Of a DNA stretch of 64,000 nucleotides, positions 11,228 to 25,209 are shown piece by piece. A program made the position numbers and the translations under genes. Under the pieces are notes generated by a model. The model did no database searches. It was not told the DNA's origin and was given only the letters and a program-made list of their open reading frames with translations. Position 1 is the first letter of the stretch, and the number at the start of each line of letters is the position of its first letter. The stretch covers positions 3,162,001 to 3,226,000 of the forward strand of contig MU058213.1 in assembly GCA_013265495.1 (NCBI GenBank), read 5' to 3'. The DNA is from Vicugna vicugna (Eukaryota).

Positions 11228-12151
11228 CTAAATTTTTTTTGAAAGATAAGAAAGAAAAATGTCAAGTGAATTTAAATCTTTAGGATATAACAAATATCCC
11301 ATAAATTTTTAGTGTCTACTAATGCAAAGACTATCCTTTTTGTAGCATTTTCAATATATAAAAATTAGAAAATACAAGGTTCATATACAAGAAAATGTAC
11401 AGCAAAGAGCTACATCAAAATAAAAACACAGCATGCTGGAAGAACTTAAAAGACAGTCTTTTGTCTTTTGACTACAGACAGCCAACTTCTCCACAGAGGC
11501 CTCCTAGAGAGAATTTAGGAAAGACTAAAGGTTTTCTGATTCTTCAGTGTGGGAGATTATCTTTTATAAAAAGTAAAATTACAGCTAGAGATGACTTCAG
11601 GCTTCAGAAAATTCTGTTTATATTCATTGCACTCTTTGAAGTGAAAAAAAATGCCAATAATCTTAGTCCTATTTGAAAGATTTTGGCTCCATGCAAATTA
11701 ATATCTCTAACTTCAGGTAAGTCATACATGTTCTCCCATACTTTAGAGGGGATCAGATTGAATCTCAGTAACATTTACAACTAGTTTCTCCAATTCAAGT
11801 AATTCTCTGAAGAGTTTGTGACCAGATTAGCAATGTAACTCAAGTCAGCACCTTGCTGAGAGATTATGACCAATGAGGTTTACAGAATTTTGCTGCAGTT
11901 CAAGGTAGCCTCAAAGGATCTGATTTTTCTTTCAACATATATATCAGTTACAAACTTTAACCAAAACAGCAAAAAATTAAACAATATACTTAAACAGATT
12001 AATGGTTATAGCAGTATCCAGGCAGTCAGTTAAAATATCTGATGTACAAATCAGCAAAATGGTACTTCGATTTTGCTTAATTTACTACAGATATAAAATT
12101 ATGGCTATCCCCTTTGAATCAGACCAGGGAAGTATCTGATTTACAAAGACC

Positions 12152-12191
12152 AAAAAAAAAAAAAAAAAAAAAAAAAAAGAAGAAGAAGAAG
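12152..12191 (+). repeat. Poly(A) run followed by (GAA)n
   Basis: Run of about 27 A then GAAGAAGAAGAAG. Confidence 0.9.
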
Positions 12192-12359
12192 TCCTTTAAG
12201 AGAGTAACATTATTTTCCACTTGAAAAATAACTATCTGAAATGGATGTTTCACTGTCCGGCTCATTAATCTTCAAAGAACAAATTAAAACTTAAAATGTC
12301 ATTATTTTTATTTCATCTGCTCTCCCTGTGTGAGAGAAAACAAGTTTCATCTACCCAAC

Positions 12360-12735
12360 AGAAGTGGGCTAAGGAAAATATTATGCTTACTGAAATAAGT
12401 CAGACGGAGAACGACAAATACTGTGTTAGCACTTATACGTGGAATCTAAAAAATAATACAAACAAATGTACATAGCAAAACAGAAAAACATTCACGACTT
12501 AGAATACAAACTAGGTTAACAGTGGCAACAGGGGAGGGGAGAGGCACATTACGGGAATGGGATTAGTAGATTATATACAGATGAGCAATAATAATCTATT
12601 ATACAGCACAGGTAATTATAGCCATCATCTTGTAATAACTTGATGGAGTATAATCTGTAAAAATACTGAATCACTATGCTGTACACCTGACATTCATATA
12701 ATATTGTAAGTCAATTATACTTCAATAAAACTTTT
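12360..12735 (+). mobile_element. L1 3' end fragment
   Basis: ATTATGCTTACTGAAATAAGTCAGACGGAGAACGACAAATACTG ... TGTAAGTCAATTATACTTCAATAAAA, a typical L1 3' UTR end. Confidence 0.85.
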
Positions 12736-13649
12736 TTAAAAAGTGAATTACAGAGTAGAACAGACTGATACATTATCTTTAAATGCACAAGCACAGGGAG
12801 ACACAGGATGACTGGAGGGTCATCAACATTCAACATTCCACATCTAGTAAACTCCAAAATCTTGAATTAAGTGACTGAGCAGATCCTGGACAGGTCTTCC
12901 ATGGCAATCTTCAAAATCCAAACCACATTTAACAGCTGGAGACAAGAGATCTGCAAGAACTGACTGAGTAAAGATCTATACAAGGCGAGTCTCCTAAGAG
13001 CCAATAACATTCTATGGAACCAGAAACCATGGTGGTAAAGAAAATGCGTACTCTTTTTATAACATCCTCTGATCAAGGTAGGGAAAACTAACTATCTACA
13101 ATTACCTTCAGTAGTCCCTCCCTGAAAGATACAATTCAGATGTTACGTGGGATTCTGTCTTTCAAAGAAATTCAATCATAACCCTACAAGGAATATACAT
13201 ATAATTTAAGCGTGATGGAAATTTGGGGGAATGGCAGGAAAAAGAAACAGTTTACTCTTCTACCCTGAGTTTATCTATGTAATCCCTGCATCCTTCCTAG
13301 GCAGAACTAGACAGACAGAAGACCAGCTATTTTGCTAGTCCTCATAAACCCAGAAAGATGTTAGGTCACTGGATAGAACGGACAGCACAGTCCTGTTGGA
13401 ACTAGGTGTATTTCAGGTATGAACGTGTAATCTGCTTTCTCTTCCTTCACAACAAACAAGAAACCAGAGAAAACGAACTGGCTGATTATTTCCCATCAGT
13501 CAAGGCTGGCTCCCAGAGAGGCTACAAACTCTCCTCTTTCTCTCTCACTGAATCAAAATACTGTGTTCAGCTCTATACATATAAATAATAATAATGTTTA
13601 TGTATGTATACAATCTATTAAAAATACGTTAATTACAATATAATGATCA

Positions 13650-13875
13650 GGAATAACATCTTTGCGGTCAGGTAAACAGAATTAAATCCAGCTCTGACAG
13701 TTGCTAGCTTTGGGAAAGTTACTTAACTTTCTTGAACCTCTTTCTAATCTATAAAATGAAATTAATACTTGCTTAATTCACAGGGATGTGGCTATAAATA
13801 AGAGACATACTGTATGTGAGGTACTTACAACAGTGACTAGGACACAGTAAGTGTCAACAATTACCAATATTATTA
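13650..13875 (+). mobile_element. MIR SINE
   Basis: AAATCCAGCTCTGACA...GGGAAAGTTACTTAACTTTCTTGAACCTC...CTATAAAATG MIR core. Confidence 0.7.
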
Positions 13876-13961
13876 CTGGTTTACTAATTTGCACTGCACT
13901 TGTATCTGAACAGCACAATTACTGGCTAATGTAATTTATAAAATTTATTTGTAGTACATAC

Positions 13962-14083
13962 CTTATGATCTGTGAAAGACTCTTGTTCCTGCTGACACTG
14001 GGAAAGAAAATCCTTCATGTCATTCAATTCCTCTTCATGTATCTTTCTGACTAACTGCTGACGCTTCTGAATCTGAATTGTGC
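13962..14083 (-). CDS. CCPG1: CCPG1 exon 7
   Basis: tttttag| acceptor and AAG|gtatgt donor. Translates (G)TIQIQKRQQLVRKIHEEELNDMKDFLSQCQQEQESFTDHK. Confidence 0.97.
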
Positions 14084-17000
14084 CTAAAAATGAAAAATTT
14101 TATTAGGGATATATGACTGCCATGATTACCAACATTTTTAAACAGATAATAAACCATTTAATTTGCATATAACTACTCAGTCCAGATAGGATCATTTTTT
14201 TCAAAGCATCAGCATTTCACAGTTCTATAAAAATTCTGATTATATAAACAAAGAATGAGTAAGTAAAATCTTATGATGTCATTCATCAAATGGTGGTGGG
14301 TGGATGTTAATCTATAAATCAGGCCAAGTGGGTTAATACATTTTAAATTTTTATTTAGCATACACCATGAATATTTAAGCAGTTCACTATCCTTTTGATT
14401 ATAACAAGCCAGACCACATTACCCTACCAAACAGAACAATTTACATAATGTTTTTGTCTTACTACACTGAAGGTACTAGAGTTTGTTTTTAAGGCTCTGA
14501 GGTACATTAAGTGTTTCACTTCCCACTTCAAAAGAGAGAGAAACCATGGAGTCTATTCACAGGTGGTAAGTCACTAAGGAAAAGTGAAAATGTCCATTTT
14601 TTCTCACTATATGATATAGCACAAGCCCAAAAAGAATAGCAAGGAAAATAACTGCCTAACTGTGATTACCCACCATGCTCAAAGCCAGATCTTTTAAGAA
14701 CTCTGCCTTAGTTAGGTCTGTACTGGAGTATCACCATCCCTATCCCAGTGATAAAGGAATCATAAATTAACCAGGATGCTCTGTATTTTCACCCTAAAAA
14801 TCAAAATGTTAATTTGCCAGGACATGCTGTTCACATGCTGCTACATGCTTCATGCATCAGGAAAAAACAGTGCTAAATCAAAAAGAAGGCAAAATGCATT
14901 TGGCAACCTTAATATTACATCTAATGAGTGGCATACCATTATATAAAGACATCACAGAATTTTGTCATGAAAGGATGTAATTACAGTTCATGATTTCTGA
15001 AAAATTAACTTATTTCCTCAGTACATTCTGGAAACCATTAGAAAGAAGCTCTAACTTTTTTTTCAAACCACTAACAGAATGAATTCCTTTGCTCACTAGA
15101 AAATAACTTAAAAACTATGTGTAGAGATCTGAGTTTGCAGGACTATTACACAGCATATCTGATGACTGTCAATGTGGCCTTCTTTTTCAATCAATCTCAC
15201 CAACTACTGTTTTTTTTTCCTACATCTTCAGTTGCCTAACTATACAGTCTTACAACCCAAGATGCAAGGCCTTCCAGTTATGTCCACAAATCTGCCTACC
15301 TTAATCACATTAAGCCACCGTCAGTATTTGCTATCACTGCTGTAAGACTTTCTCTACAGATAGTCCCCATCTTATCAGAGTTCCAGCCAATACATCCAGC
15401 TAGCTGTCTGCTTGGTACAATTTTAGGGGTGTCTTTCTCAAACAAACAAAAAAACAAACAAAAACTCCTGAACTTCAACACCTGTCCTAATTTATTCTAG
15501 AATAAATTTAGGTAAAACAAATCCAACTGTGATCACCATCTATTAACTTTATCATCTAGCAAAATTCACCCCTTCCTGCTCCCCCAACTCCAAAAATACA
15601 GCAGCTAACACCGTTCTTGGAATTTAAAAAGTAAATCACCAATACCTCAAGTATCCAGGCTCAAAGTTCTGTTTTCCACTATTACTTTAGTGTCTCTGAT
15701 TTCACCAACCTTCTCTCCATCCCCACCATCACTGGAACTGTTAGGGCCCTGATCACCAAGAACCTGAATTACAAAACCTCTTCATTGACTGTTCTAATTT
15801 ATCCCATACTATTTACCTTCGTGCAATTTCCCTCTAAAATTACTGCTGTCAGGTCACTCTATATAAATCAAATTCACCTACCCAGACTGCAAGATGTTTT
15901 AAAGATAACAGCACCCCACATATTCCAATCTTATATTCCATTATTTTTAAGTATTTCTTCTGCTATAGGCCTGCCAGCCTTTTCACTGCTCCCAAACCCA
16001 GCAAGTTTACTTTCAGGTTATCGGGTTCTCCACTGTCAGAATTTTCCACTTTCCTTGCACATAGCATAAAAGCAGACCCAACTCAAATCTTACCACCTCC
16101 AGGGTGACTCAGTAAGGCTCCTAGTTTGAGCTCTGATTCTTGTCTCTGCTTCATAACTTAGCACCTAGTTATTCTATTATATTGTCCGAAGAGCAGGGCA
16201 GCTTATCGATACTTAAAGCAACTCTAAGAGGAAATCAGATCAATCGAGCTTCACTGCCGATTTAGAATATACTGTCTACAGGCTAAGAAAGAGTAAGACA
16301 ATTGCTTCATATCTCGGTTTTTTGTTGATTTTTTTTTTAACTTTTGTAAGCACTTTCAGGGCTTAAGCAGTACCAAATACCTACAGTGCATTCTTTTGAC
16401 TGTCCTGAGTCCTGCTAGTTCTCTCTTCCTTCCCAGACAGATCTGACACACCTCATTTACATGAAGCCAAGGTTGGTGAGTGTTCTGAGTGATTCACTTG
16501 GTAATGTGTTTTTCTTAAATGATTATAAAGCAATGACTGATTATGGAGTGAAATGACTGACTTCATGGTGCATGGGAAATTCAAGCTGGCTCTAAATCAA
16601 CTCAAAAGCTCTTAAAGTATTGAGATTAGTGCCACAATTAAAAAAAAAATGTGATGTCCTTTAAAAGTGACCTTGAAAAGCTAACAATCATTCAGATTAA
16701 GTTTTGTATGTTCACTGAGCCAATCTCATCATTAGATAGACCTACTATTTTGAAGGCTGCTCCTATTCTAAAAAGCTAATTTGAAATACTACAGGAAAAT
16801 ATTTTGTTAAATATAATTAATAAAGTAAATTTTACAAGTGACCAAAATTCTAAACAACAGGGCAATAATTTCTCAATTTTGAAAGCACTCCTAAACTGAT
16901 CTTTCTACAAAATACTTAAAGGTCATGCAATTGGTAAGGTTTTAATGCAATTTGGATTAACATTAAAGCACTGTTCAATTTTCTTTCTTTTTTTTTTTTT

Positions 17001-18309
17001 TTTTTAGTAATAAAAAAAGAGTAAAATAAGACCTTCTCCTCTGTTACTTCCATGTTTACCTGCAGGGAAAGAAACCATGCTCAAAAAAAATATTCATGTA
17101 TTTGTTCCAGCCAGACAATATACAAGTTAAATATATATTTCAAGTCAAATCTCATTATCCATCTTCCAGGGAGGATACAAATTATAGTATTCCAGTATTA
17201 AATTCATGTAGGCATCCATCAGGAGTCTTAAATACTTATCATTACTATAAAGTTAAATACAAGAAGAAACACAGTTTCCTGACTCTGACTTAAGTAGTCT
17301 TCATGAAGTTTATTCTAGCATTACATTACGTTGAACAGTACTTCACAAATCAACAAAGGGTACACGTAATTCCTTGATCTTAAGGAACACATTGTTGGAA
17401 GGAATTAGAAAAAACAGATTATTCGGAAAGCTAAACTGTGGATTAAGTAGGTAAAAATCCTAAAGGTGGTTAATTTATAAGGCAAGCTGAAATTTGTGAC
17501 GTTGACAAGATCAAAGATATTTAAAATTTGTTTTTCAAAATTCCATAAAGCAAAAAGTGTGAATGTTCAGTTCTCAAATATTCTTAGTTTTGTACAGATA
17601 TACAGCTTAAATTAAGATTCAATGAAAATGAAAAAGAAAAAAAAAAAAGATTCAATGGTTAGACACCCCCCCACCCCCAAAATAACACCAAATGGAATTC
17701 TTTCCACTTTTCACCCAGGAGACTTTTAAAGGCTTTGTATTAAGAATATAATTATAATCAATGTAAATAAACATTAACAAGGATAATAATGAGCAAAGTA
17801 TAAAACAAATGAATTCTCAATTCACATGAATCACAGAAGCAGCAATAACAGTCACAAAATGTAATGTGTGCATGAAACATGAAGTCAGAAATAAGGATCA
17901 CCAATTATTGTGACCTTTCAAATGTAACTATCTCAACTGGAATTTAAATAATCCTAATAAAAGTCACAGGTAAAACTAGTTCAACCGTGATTCTAAATTA
18001 AAATGATTTGTCTCATAAGCATTTCGGATTTTTAATATTCTGATCTTTTCTTTAAAAAATTATATACGCTAACAATCCTTACATTTCTTAAATACTGTCA
18101 AATTTAAATAAAAACAGCTTTGTGGGATAGGCAACACTATCACCATTTTCCAAACGAGAAAACTCTCAAATAGCTCAAATAGCTACGAGCTTTCCAACAT
18201 CATATACTTGAAGGATGACACTGAAAACAGATCCCAGGATTCCTCACTCTTCTAAGTGGCTCTCACACTATGCCATCAGTTTAGGTCTAACAAATTTTCA
18301 AGTACTTAC

Positions 18310-18561
18310 CATAGAAATGTCCAAATCCCATGCTGACTGCAATCACCAAAGCAAGTATAACACATTTATTGAGACCACTGCTGAACTGACGTTTACACAA
18401 CTCCTTAGAGGGTTCAGTTTCTTGTTCAGCAAGTAGCCTTTCTTCAGATTCTGAACTAGAAACGGTCTTCTTCCTAGCACGGCGTCGTCTAAAGGCAGGA
18501 CTGGGCTGATGACTGGTTTCATCACTACTTGATTCATCATCACTAGGCTGAGATGAAAAAA
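18310..18561 (-). CDS. CCPG1: CCPG1 exon 6 (includes the transmembrane segment)
   Basis: aaatag| acceptor and TATG|gtaagt donor. Translates (V)[83 protein letters not shown]. Confidence 0.97.
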
Positions 18562-19141
18562 CTATTTTAAAAAGAAAAATGTAGATAAATATTAAATATT
18601 TTATAAAAGATTTCCCAGTAAATAAGATTTAGAATAATCAATGCCATCCCTACATGCCTTTTCACATATGACAGCCAAGAACAAAAACAAAACATAAACA
18701 AAAACTCAAGTTTTCAAGTTTATCAACATAAAGCCAAAGACTTCAACTGTGATGCATAAGAATCTGTTAGCTTTATTCTGTGTCTCTGAGGGTCTGGTTT
18801 TGTTTTGTTTTGTTTTGTTTAACCTCTCTTATAATTTACACCATTAGAAAAATCATCCTCACAGCCTGTAAAATTTCACAGCTATTAGAGAGCCACAAAC
18901 AAATATTATTTCTGGAAGGGAAAAAGAACCTCTACCTCTTCATTCAATTTCAAATAGAATTAATTTAAGCTCAACTGTTTAAGGAACACAGGGAAATATT
19001 TAAGCAGTTCCTGTGACTTAACAGGACAACAGCTACCAAAAGCTTCCTCAACTGTATCTAGTCCCTAGTTTCATTTCCATCCTATGAGCCCACAATCAAG
19101 GTTCAAAGCACTACAGTTTATCACAGGTTTCCAGAAGTCAG

Positions 19142-19236
19142 ATGAGCCCTTCCCTTCGACTGCCACTCTTACTAGAAGGTTATTAATTTTACCCTCTAGT
19201 AAATATGTCAGCATGAGGAAGTGACACAACGGCTAT
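19142..19236 (-). ncRNA. MIR628: pre-miR-628, intronic and sense to CCPG1
   Basis: Minus-strand hairpin with the 5p arm AUGCUGACAUAUUUACUAGAGG (19214-19193) and the 3p arm UCUAGUAAGAGUGGCAGUCGA (19176-19156), matching the miR-628 sequences as I recall them. Confidence 0.95.
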
Positions 19237-22200
19237 CTCCGATATTAAGGACTAGACTGATGCTGCTCCTTTATGAAAAGAATGAAGAAAAACAAACTGA
19301 AAAAAAATTCCACAAGAAATCTCAAGTAGTGGAAGCATATCCATCGGAAAAAATCACCTTCAGCTGTTTCAAATGTTTAATTTCTTCTTAACATCATTCC
19401 ATATATCAATAAACTGTGCTGACACAGAAGATTAGATGACTCAGTAATAATTTCCATAGGCCAGGTAAAAGAAGAGAAAAGCAGCACTAAAAGTAAGGCT
19501 AGAATGTGAACTTGAGTTTGATATAAAGAGCTCCAAAATAACAAACATTCATGCTTCTAAAAAGCAAAACAGTTCTTCAGAAGACAGAGTACTCATGCCA
19601 CAGGAAAGCTGGTGACTTAAGTTAGGCAATACTTTTAAAAGATGGATCTCAAAGGATTCAGTTAACTTTCACACTTAACAACAACAAACACAAAGACATA
19701 AGGCACTACTGAATGAATGAATATTCCTAATATTTAGTGAAATAGATGCCACTGAGGGATCTTTTGGTCATGACCCTTATGCCCATCATGTTTATCGGGT
19801 TACTCTTGATCACTAGTTTTCCCAAGATGTCGTCGCCTCAGCTGTGAGGTTACATTTCTTGGACAAAGAGAAAGAAAGGAAGACTTAAACAAAGCATTAC
19901 ATAATACAAAGGCATTCATGATCATGGCTGGAGTACTTAAGTCAGACTTTCTGACATTATTAAGATGGGTAAATATAAAAAACTATTCATCAAATTTTCT
20001 TACATTTTCAATGCGACATTAACTTATTGCCTTCATTATATATTCTAAGTAAACAAACCAGCCGAACCCATATTAAATTCACATCCTTAACTGATGCTTC
20101 CATCTTTTTTAACCCATACATATGATAGCTGAAATATTTTGATTTTTAAACTTCTTCTAAAGCTTAATTTGGCCTGTAGTCCAAGATGCAAGCAATGCAA
20201 AGGCATGCAATAAGCTTAGCCAGCTTTATTACAAGGTCAATTTTGAACACCTGTTCTGAGTATCACAGATTACAATAGCTATTTTAAAGCACTAAGTCAA
20301 CAGTATATGTGACTAGGCACACTCAGCTCTAGAAAAGCTGATCAGATTAGTCACACCACCTTGGAAAGCGAGTTGGCTAGGAACATGGTGTTTCAGCTGA
20401 TCATCCCATCCCCTTATGCATTCAGGAATCTTCCACAGCTTCTCCCACCACCTTTCTTTTGTGAATAAACAGGAAAAAAGATGTATAAAGCTTTATTACA
20501 AAGAATAAAAAGGAAAAAGAGAATTGAAAATACTTATTTTAATTACCACTTAACATTATTATTTGTGCTCCATCAAAATCTAACAATCATGCCTTTTTAA
20601 AAACCATATACACAATACCAACTTTTCTACAACCACCATCTTTGCTTCCTTGGGAGAGGAGGGGGTCACATGGAGGAAGTGAGAAACATTCTTAGACCAA
20701 CAAAAAGATTACTGCCACAAGAATCTAATTTACGAGAAGAAAACAAACGAAGCTGAAATCCTATAAAGATGGAGAAAAAAAGGGAAAGGAAAAAACAAAA
20801 TAAGTAAGCAACAGACAGCAGGAAATTAACCAAGAAAAATATGATCTAAGGGAAGGGAACAAAAAAATCTTGACAACTGATTTATATATATTATTCCGAA
20901 CATAGTCCCAAAATGTCACTTTTGATTACATTTTTAAATCTTTTTCTTGATGAAATAATTCCCTTGGGAGGGATAGCAATGGATAAAAATAAACCTAATA
21001 AAATATTCTGCTTAACTGTATCTGTAAAATTGTCAAGAAGTCCAAGTTCAGAAAGGAGATAAAAACTATTATAATGTGTTTTGAAGTATCCAAGTTCCTG
21101 AAAAAAAAAATCAACAGTGTGTAGCATCATTTCTTAAATGGCTGCTTGGACTCTTCTGCAATACTCCTGCTCCAAGTTGACTACATATCCTGGCTCACAA
21201 ATCCTCTCATATTAAACCAACATCCGGCTTAACCGCTACCTGACAGTTTATTAGCTTAAACTGGAATAACAGAAATTCCATTGTCTGATTCTGGGACACG
21301 TAACACAGAATGGTAAAATCTAAGAAAATTATCTGAAATAAATACTACATTACATATTCCTTTATATGTAAGTTGCTGAGAGTGACCAGAAATTCTTATT
21401 TTCCCACTTCCCTCTCGCACCCTTGTGTTCACCTTGGGGTTCCTTCAACTTCACTCTTATATCCTTAGAAGTCTGACTATTTCTGGGCTATCAGTGAAAC
21501 CACAAATATGGTCCAGAGCTTTCTTGATGGGCAAAAATGTACTCAGGTCACTTTTGCTTAGCGTATCTTAAAAATTAAAAATAAATTAATTTTAAATAGC
21601 AAAAAAAAAAAAGCTACATATTCCTGCTTTTATATCAAATTAGGAAATGCTTCTTATCACTAGGAGTGTTTCAAGGTGTCTCTCCCATAATTCATCCTAT
21701 ATTATAATTGGTGGTTAATAACTGTGGGTTAATTACAGATTTGTTCCTTTCATTTTATAGTAACTTTGTGTCTAAATATTTATATTACCTTGAAAGATGT
21801 TATATATGTCCCTAAAACTGAGGCAAAGAATTATAGAAGGGAATTAGTTAAATAACTCACTTTTTACCTTCAAAAGATTCCGTCTGAACAACAGGCATTA
21901 ACTGCATTAAGAATATGACTTACAACAGGCACATTTTCATAACTCAATCTAAAGTGAAAGAGCCAAAGGTCAGGGTATAAGATGCTGCTGTATTGCCAGT
22001 TCCTTAAATACTGTTTGGCACATGGCAGCACTCAATAAATGTTTGTTGAATGACTAATAATTAGATGGATATGAAAGACTTCAATAAGAAGTTTCACTGT
22101 TTCTATAATATAAAATTTGTACCACTGTAAGTAAAAATCTTAACATGCTCCTGCTTTTTTATGTATGGCTCAATCTCCCACTCATAAAGATCTAAAAACT

Positions 22201-22478
22201 GTCATATGCATTTTGGAGTATTTGAGACATCAACAAATCTCAAAGTTTTTTTTTTGTCTTCTACTTAATGATGAAAGATGGTATTTATTTATTGGATTAC
22301 TGTGCTCAAGGCCCTAGGTCTAAGAAAACACTAGACGTAACAGCCGATCTTACAAAAAAATTTCTTGAGTTATACGCTTCAAAACTTGAGATGCAGGGTC
22401 TGAGAACAAGCCGTTACATAAAGTGTGGTCACAGGAATCCTAAGTCACCTATCAATGTATTCATCATACAGTTCTTAC

Positions 22479-22683
22479 CAGTTTCTGGCTGACAGAATGT
22501 ATACTGGCTGCTAGAGGAAGAGCCCATGTTAAACTCTTCTGGACTCTGTGCTTCTTTAACAACTATAGCTTCTTCTTGATTTCCAATTTCTTCTAACTTA
22601 GGTGGCTCAAGGGTAACAATATCAGAGTCATCACTGACAGTTCCAAAATAGAGATTGTCCTCAGGTAATTTTTCTTCCTCTCC
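22479..22683 (-). CDS. CCPG1: CCPG1 exon 5 (FIP200-interacting FIR2 motif [10 protein letters not shown])
   Basis: ttcttcag| acceptor and ACTG|gtaag donor. Translates [68 protein letters not shown]. Confidence 0.97.
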
Positions 22684-23523
22684 CTGAAGAATCAATTTTA
22701 GAGACAAATTCAACAATTAGTTATGGGCCTTATATTTTCTAGGCAATTCCAAGGATGTAACAGTACTTAAGTGACAAGGTAATTGGATTTAAAATAAAAG
22801 ATATGAGTCCTGCCCAATAGGAAAGAATTAATTCCTCAATAGCAGCGATCATCCTTTAGTGTGAAAACACCACACCACCAAACCCACTGACAACTCTGTC
22901 TCTCATAATTTGATCAAACTGCTATCTACCACTGGGGCTTCAGAAGCTAAAATACAAACCCACCTTTCTTACTCAATGTCCACAGAAAGGAGAGGATTCA
23001 TTTCTCACCAGTTCTATGGGTTTATTTGGGTGTAACTATAATCAGGGAACCCATAAAATACTGATTAGATTTTCTGATAAACTTCAAGAGCTAGGCCAAG
23101 TAAAGATCATCCAGCTATGTAGTTTTATCTGGAAGTCAAGTAAAATGCCAAAGGACAAGATTTAGTTTGTTCTCAAATCTTAAAACTAACCTTCATTTTA
23201 GACATAAACCCTTAATTTCTCAATATAATTCAAGAATGCAACACATTTCCAGAGAAAATATTATAGGTTAAGTAAATAGGTCTTTAACACATTACCAAAA
23301 AATTGTGTTTCTAAGTTAAAAGACAGCTCACTTAGGTAGGAGTTTAAAATAGAAGCCAACTTTAATCTTAAAAGTGACCAAACTGTGGAATCTCAAAGTT
23401 TTCAATGGAAGTTATTTATAATTCAGATAGAAACAGAATGCACAACTAGAAATGGAAGCTTTAATTAGTATTCTCTAAGGAATATGGTTTCTCATGTATC
23501 CACAGAGTAAAACACAAGGTTAC

Positions 23524-23600
23524 CTCAAGTGCTGACTTCATTTCCTCCAAAGCTGGATAAGCAGTTCCTTCTGTCACCATGGTGCCATTTTGGCTGCTCT
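23524..23600 (-). CDS. CCPG1: CCPG1 exon 4
   Basis: cttcacatcag| acceptor and GAG|gtaac donor. Translates (E)SSQNGTMVTEGTAYPALEEMKSALE. Confidence 0.93.
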
Positions 23601-24849
23601 CTGATGTGAAGCAAAGATCAACTTAATTATACTTCATCAGCTTTCAGTAGTCTGCGTGTGTTATAATATGGGCAGATAAATCTATTCCTAGTTTTTTAAG
23701 TTGATTTAATGAAACACTACATGTAATTATATGCTAATTATAACAGTCAACTCTATTGTTTCTGAAAGATCTCTGTATTTCAAATATAACTATTTGGAAA
23801 ATGTCGGGATAATTTTAGATACTGAACTGAACTCAAATAAAAATCTACTAAAAATTATAATCTAAATAAACATAATCTCTGTATAACATTATCTACTACA
23901 GATCTACAGATCTACATTATCTACTATTATTAATAAGGAAAATCAATTCTGAAATTACAAAAAAGATTTAACTCCAAAATAACAGGAAAAGAAAAAAAGA
24001 AACTCCATTTACATATGTTATATAGTCACTAACAGAACAGTAATTTGCAGGGAAAACTCATCAACAAAGGTGGACTTGGGTCCAAGGGCTCCTGAGAACT
24101 ATGGAAACTATTTTTTAACGTGCAAATATATTCATTTCTTGGGAGAGACCATCCATAGCTTTTAGATTCTCAAAGAGATCTCAGACCCATGAAAGATGAG
24201 AATCACTGTTTAAATGATAATAACAACCAACACACAGGCTGAAAACAAGATTAACAGGTATAATCTTTTATATTTCTGGCCTTGACATAGCTGCTTTATT
24301 CTCCTAAGGGAGAAATGTTTTGTTTACATTTTAATGCAATTTTAAGAAGTAAGTTAAATATGAAGATGAATACACATTCTTTGGGTTCCTTAATTCTCTA
24401 CATAATTAATGTGGGCATCAAATCCCACAGAAGTATATATAACATCAATGTAATATGGTAGTTAAATACCATTTACTACCCATAACCAAAAGTACTCTGA
24501 AAGTGGTAACTGGAGACAGTTTAGTGATGAATTAATAAGTAATGAATTAATAATTCTGTATATCCTAGTCTTAATCAAGACTAGTAATATTTAGCTACTG
24601 GTTACACTAGTAGTATCAAAGAGTTGTACAGATACCCAAGTATGTCCTACAGATGCTAGCCTTCGCCTGAGCAGGCTGGTGCCACAGGGGTCTGTAGGCC
24701 TGCCCACCTAATCCACACTAGAATTATAGTCTTTTGGTGACCTGATCATTTAGACTAGCCAGAAAGGCTGACCACCTAGAAAGAAGGCAAGATTCATATT
24801 GTCACTCACACATCCTATTAAAAAAAAGAAAGACTTCTTTACATCTTAC

Positions 24850-24970
24850 CTCCCTGCTCTAACTGCAGTACCTGCAGCTCCTCTTGTGATAAAGATGAAC
24901 ATTCTGGGTTGAGCTCACAGCTGTCACTGGCTGTACCATGTTCAGAATTCACCACCTCTATATCAGACCC
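24850..24970 (-). CDS. CCPG1: CCPG1 exon 3 (FIR1 motif region GSDIEV)
   Basis: ttttcccctag| acceptor and GGAG|gtaag donor. Translates GSDIEVVNSEHGTASDSCELNPECSSLSQEELQVLQLEQG. Confidence 0.95.
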
Positions 24971-25209
24971 CTAGGGGAAAAGCGGTAATAAGTTATTTGT
25001 CTATCAGCTGCTCAGAGCTGGATCTGACCACATGCAGATATTCCCATTATTAAAAGTCAGATGCTGCTATCTATTCCGACTATCTTTTGTTCAATTTATT
25101 CCATAAAACCTATGGGAGGGAAACAGAAGGAGCCAAAGGTTTGGATTCTAAAAGTCAGTCCAAAAGCTAAAGGCTCTAAGTCCAAGCAGTGAATCTGAGT
25201 CCCAGAAGG

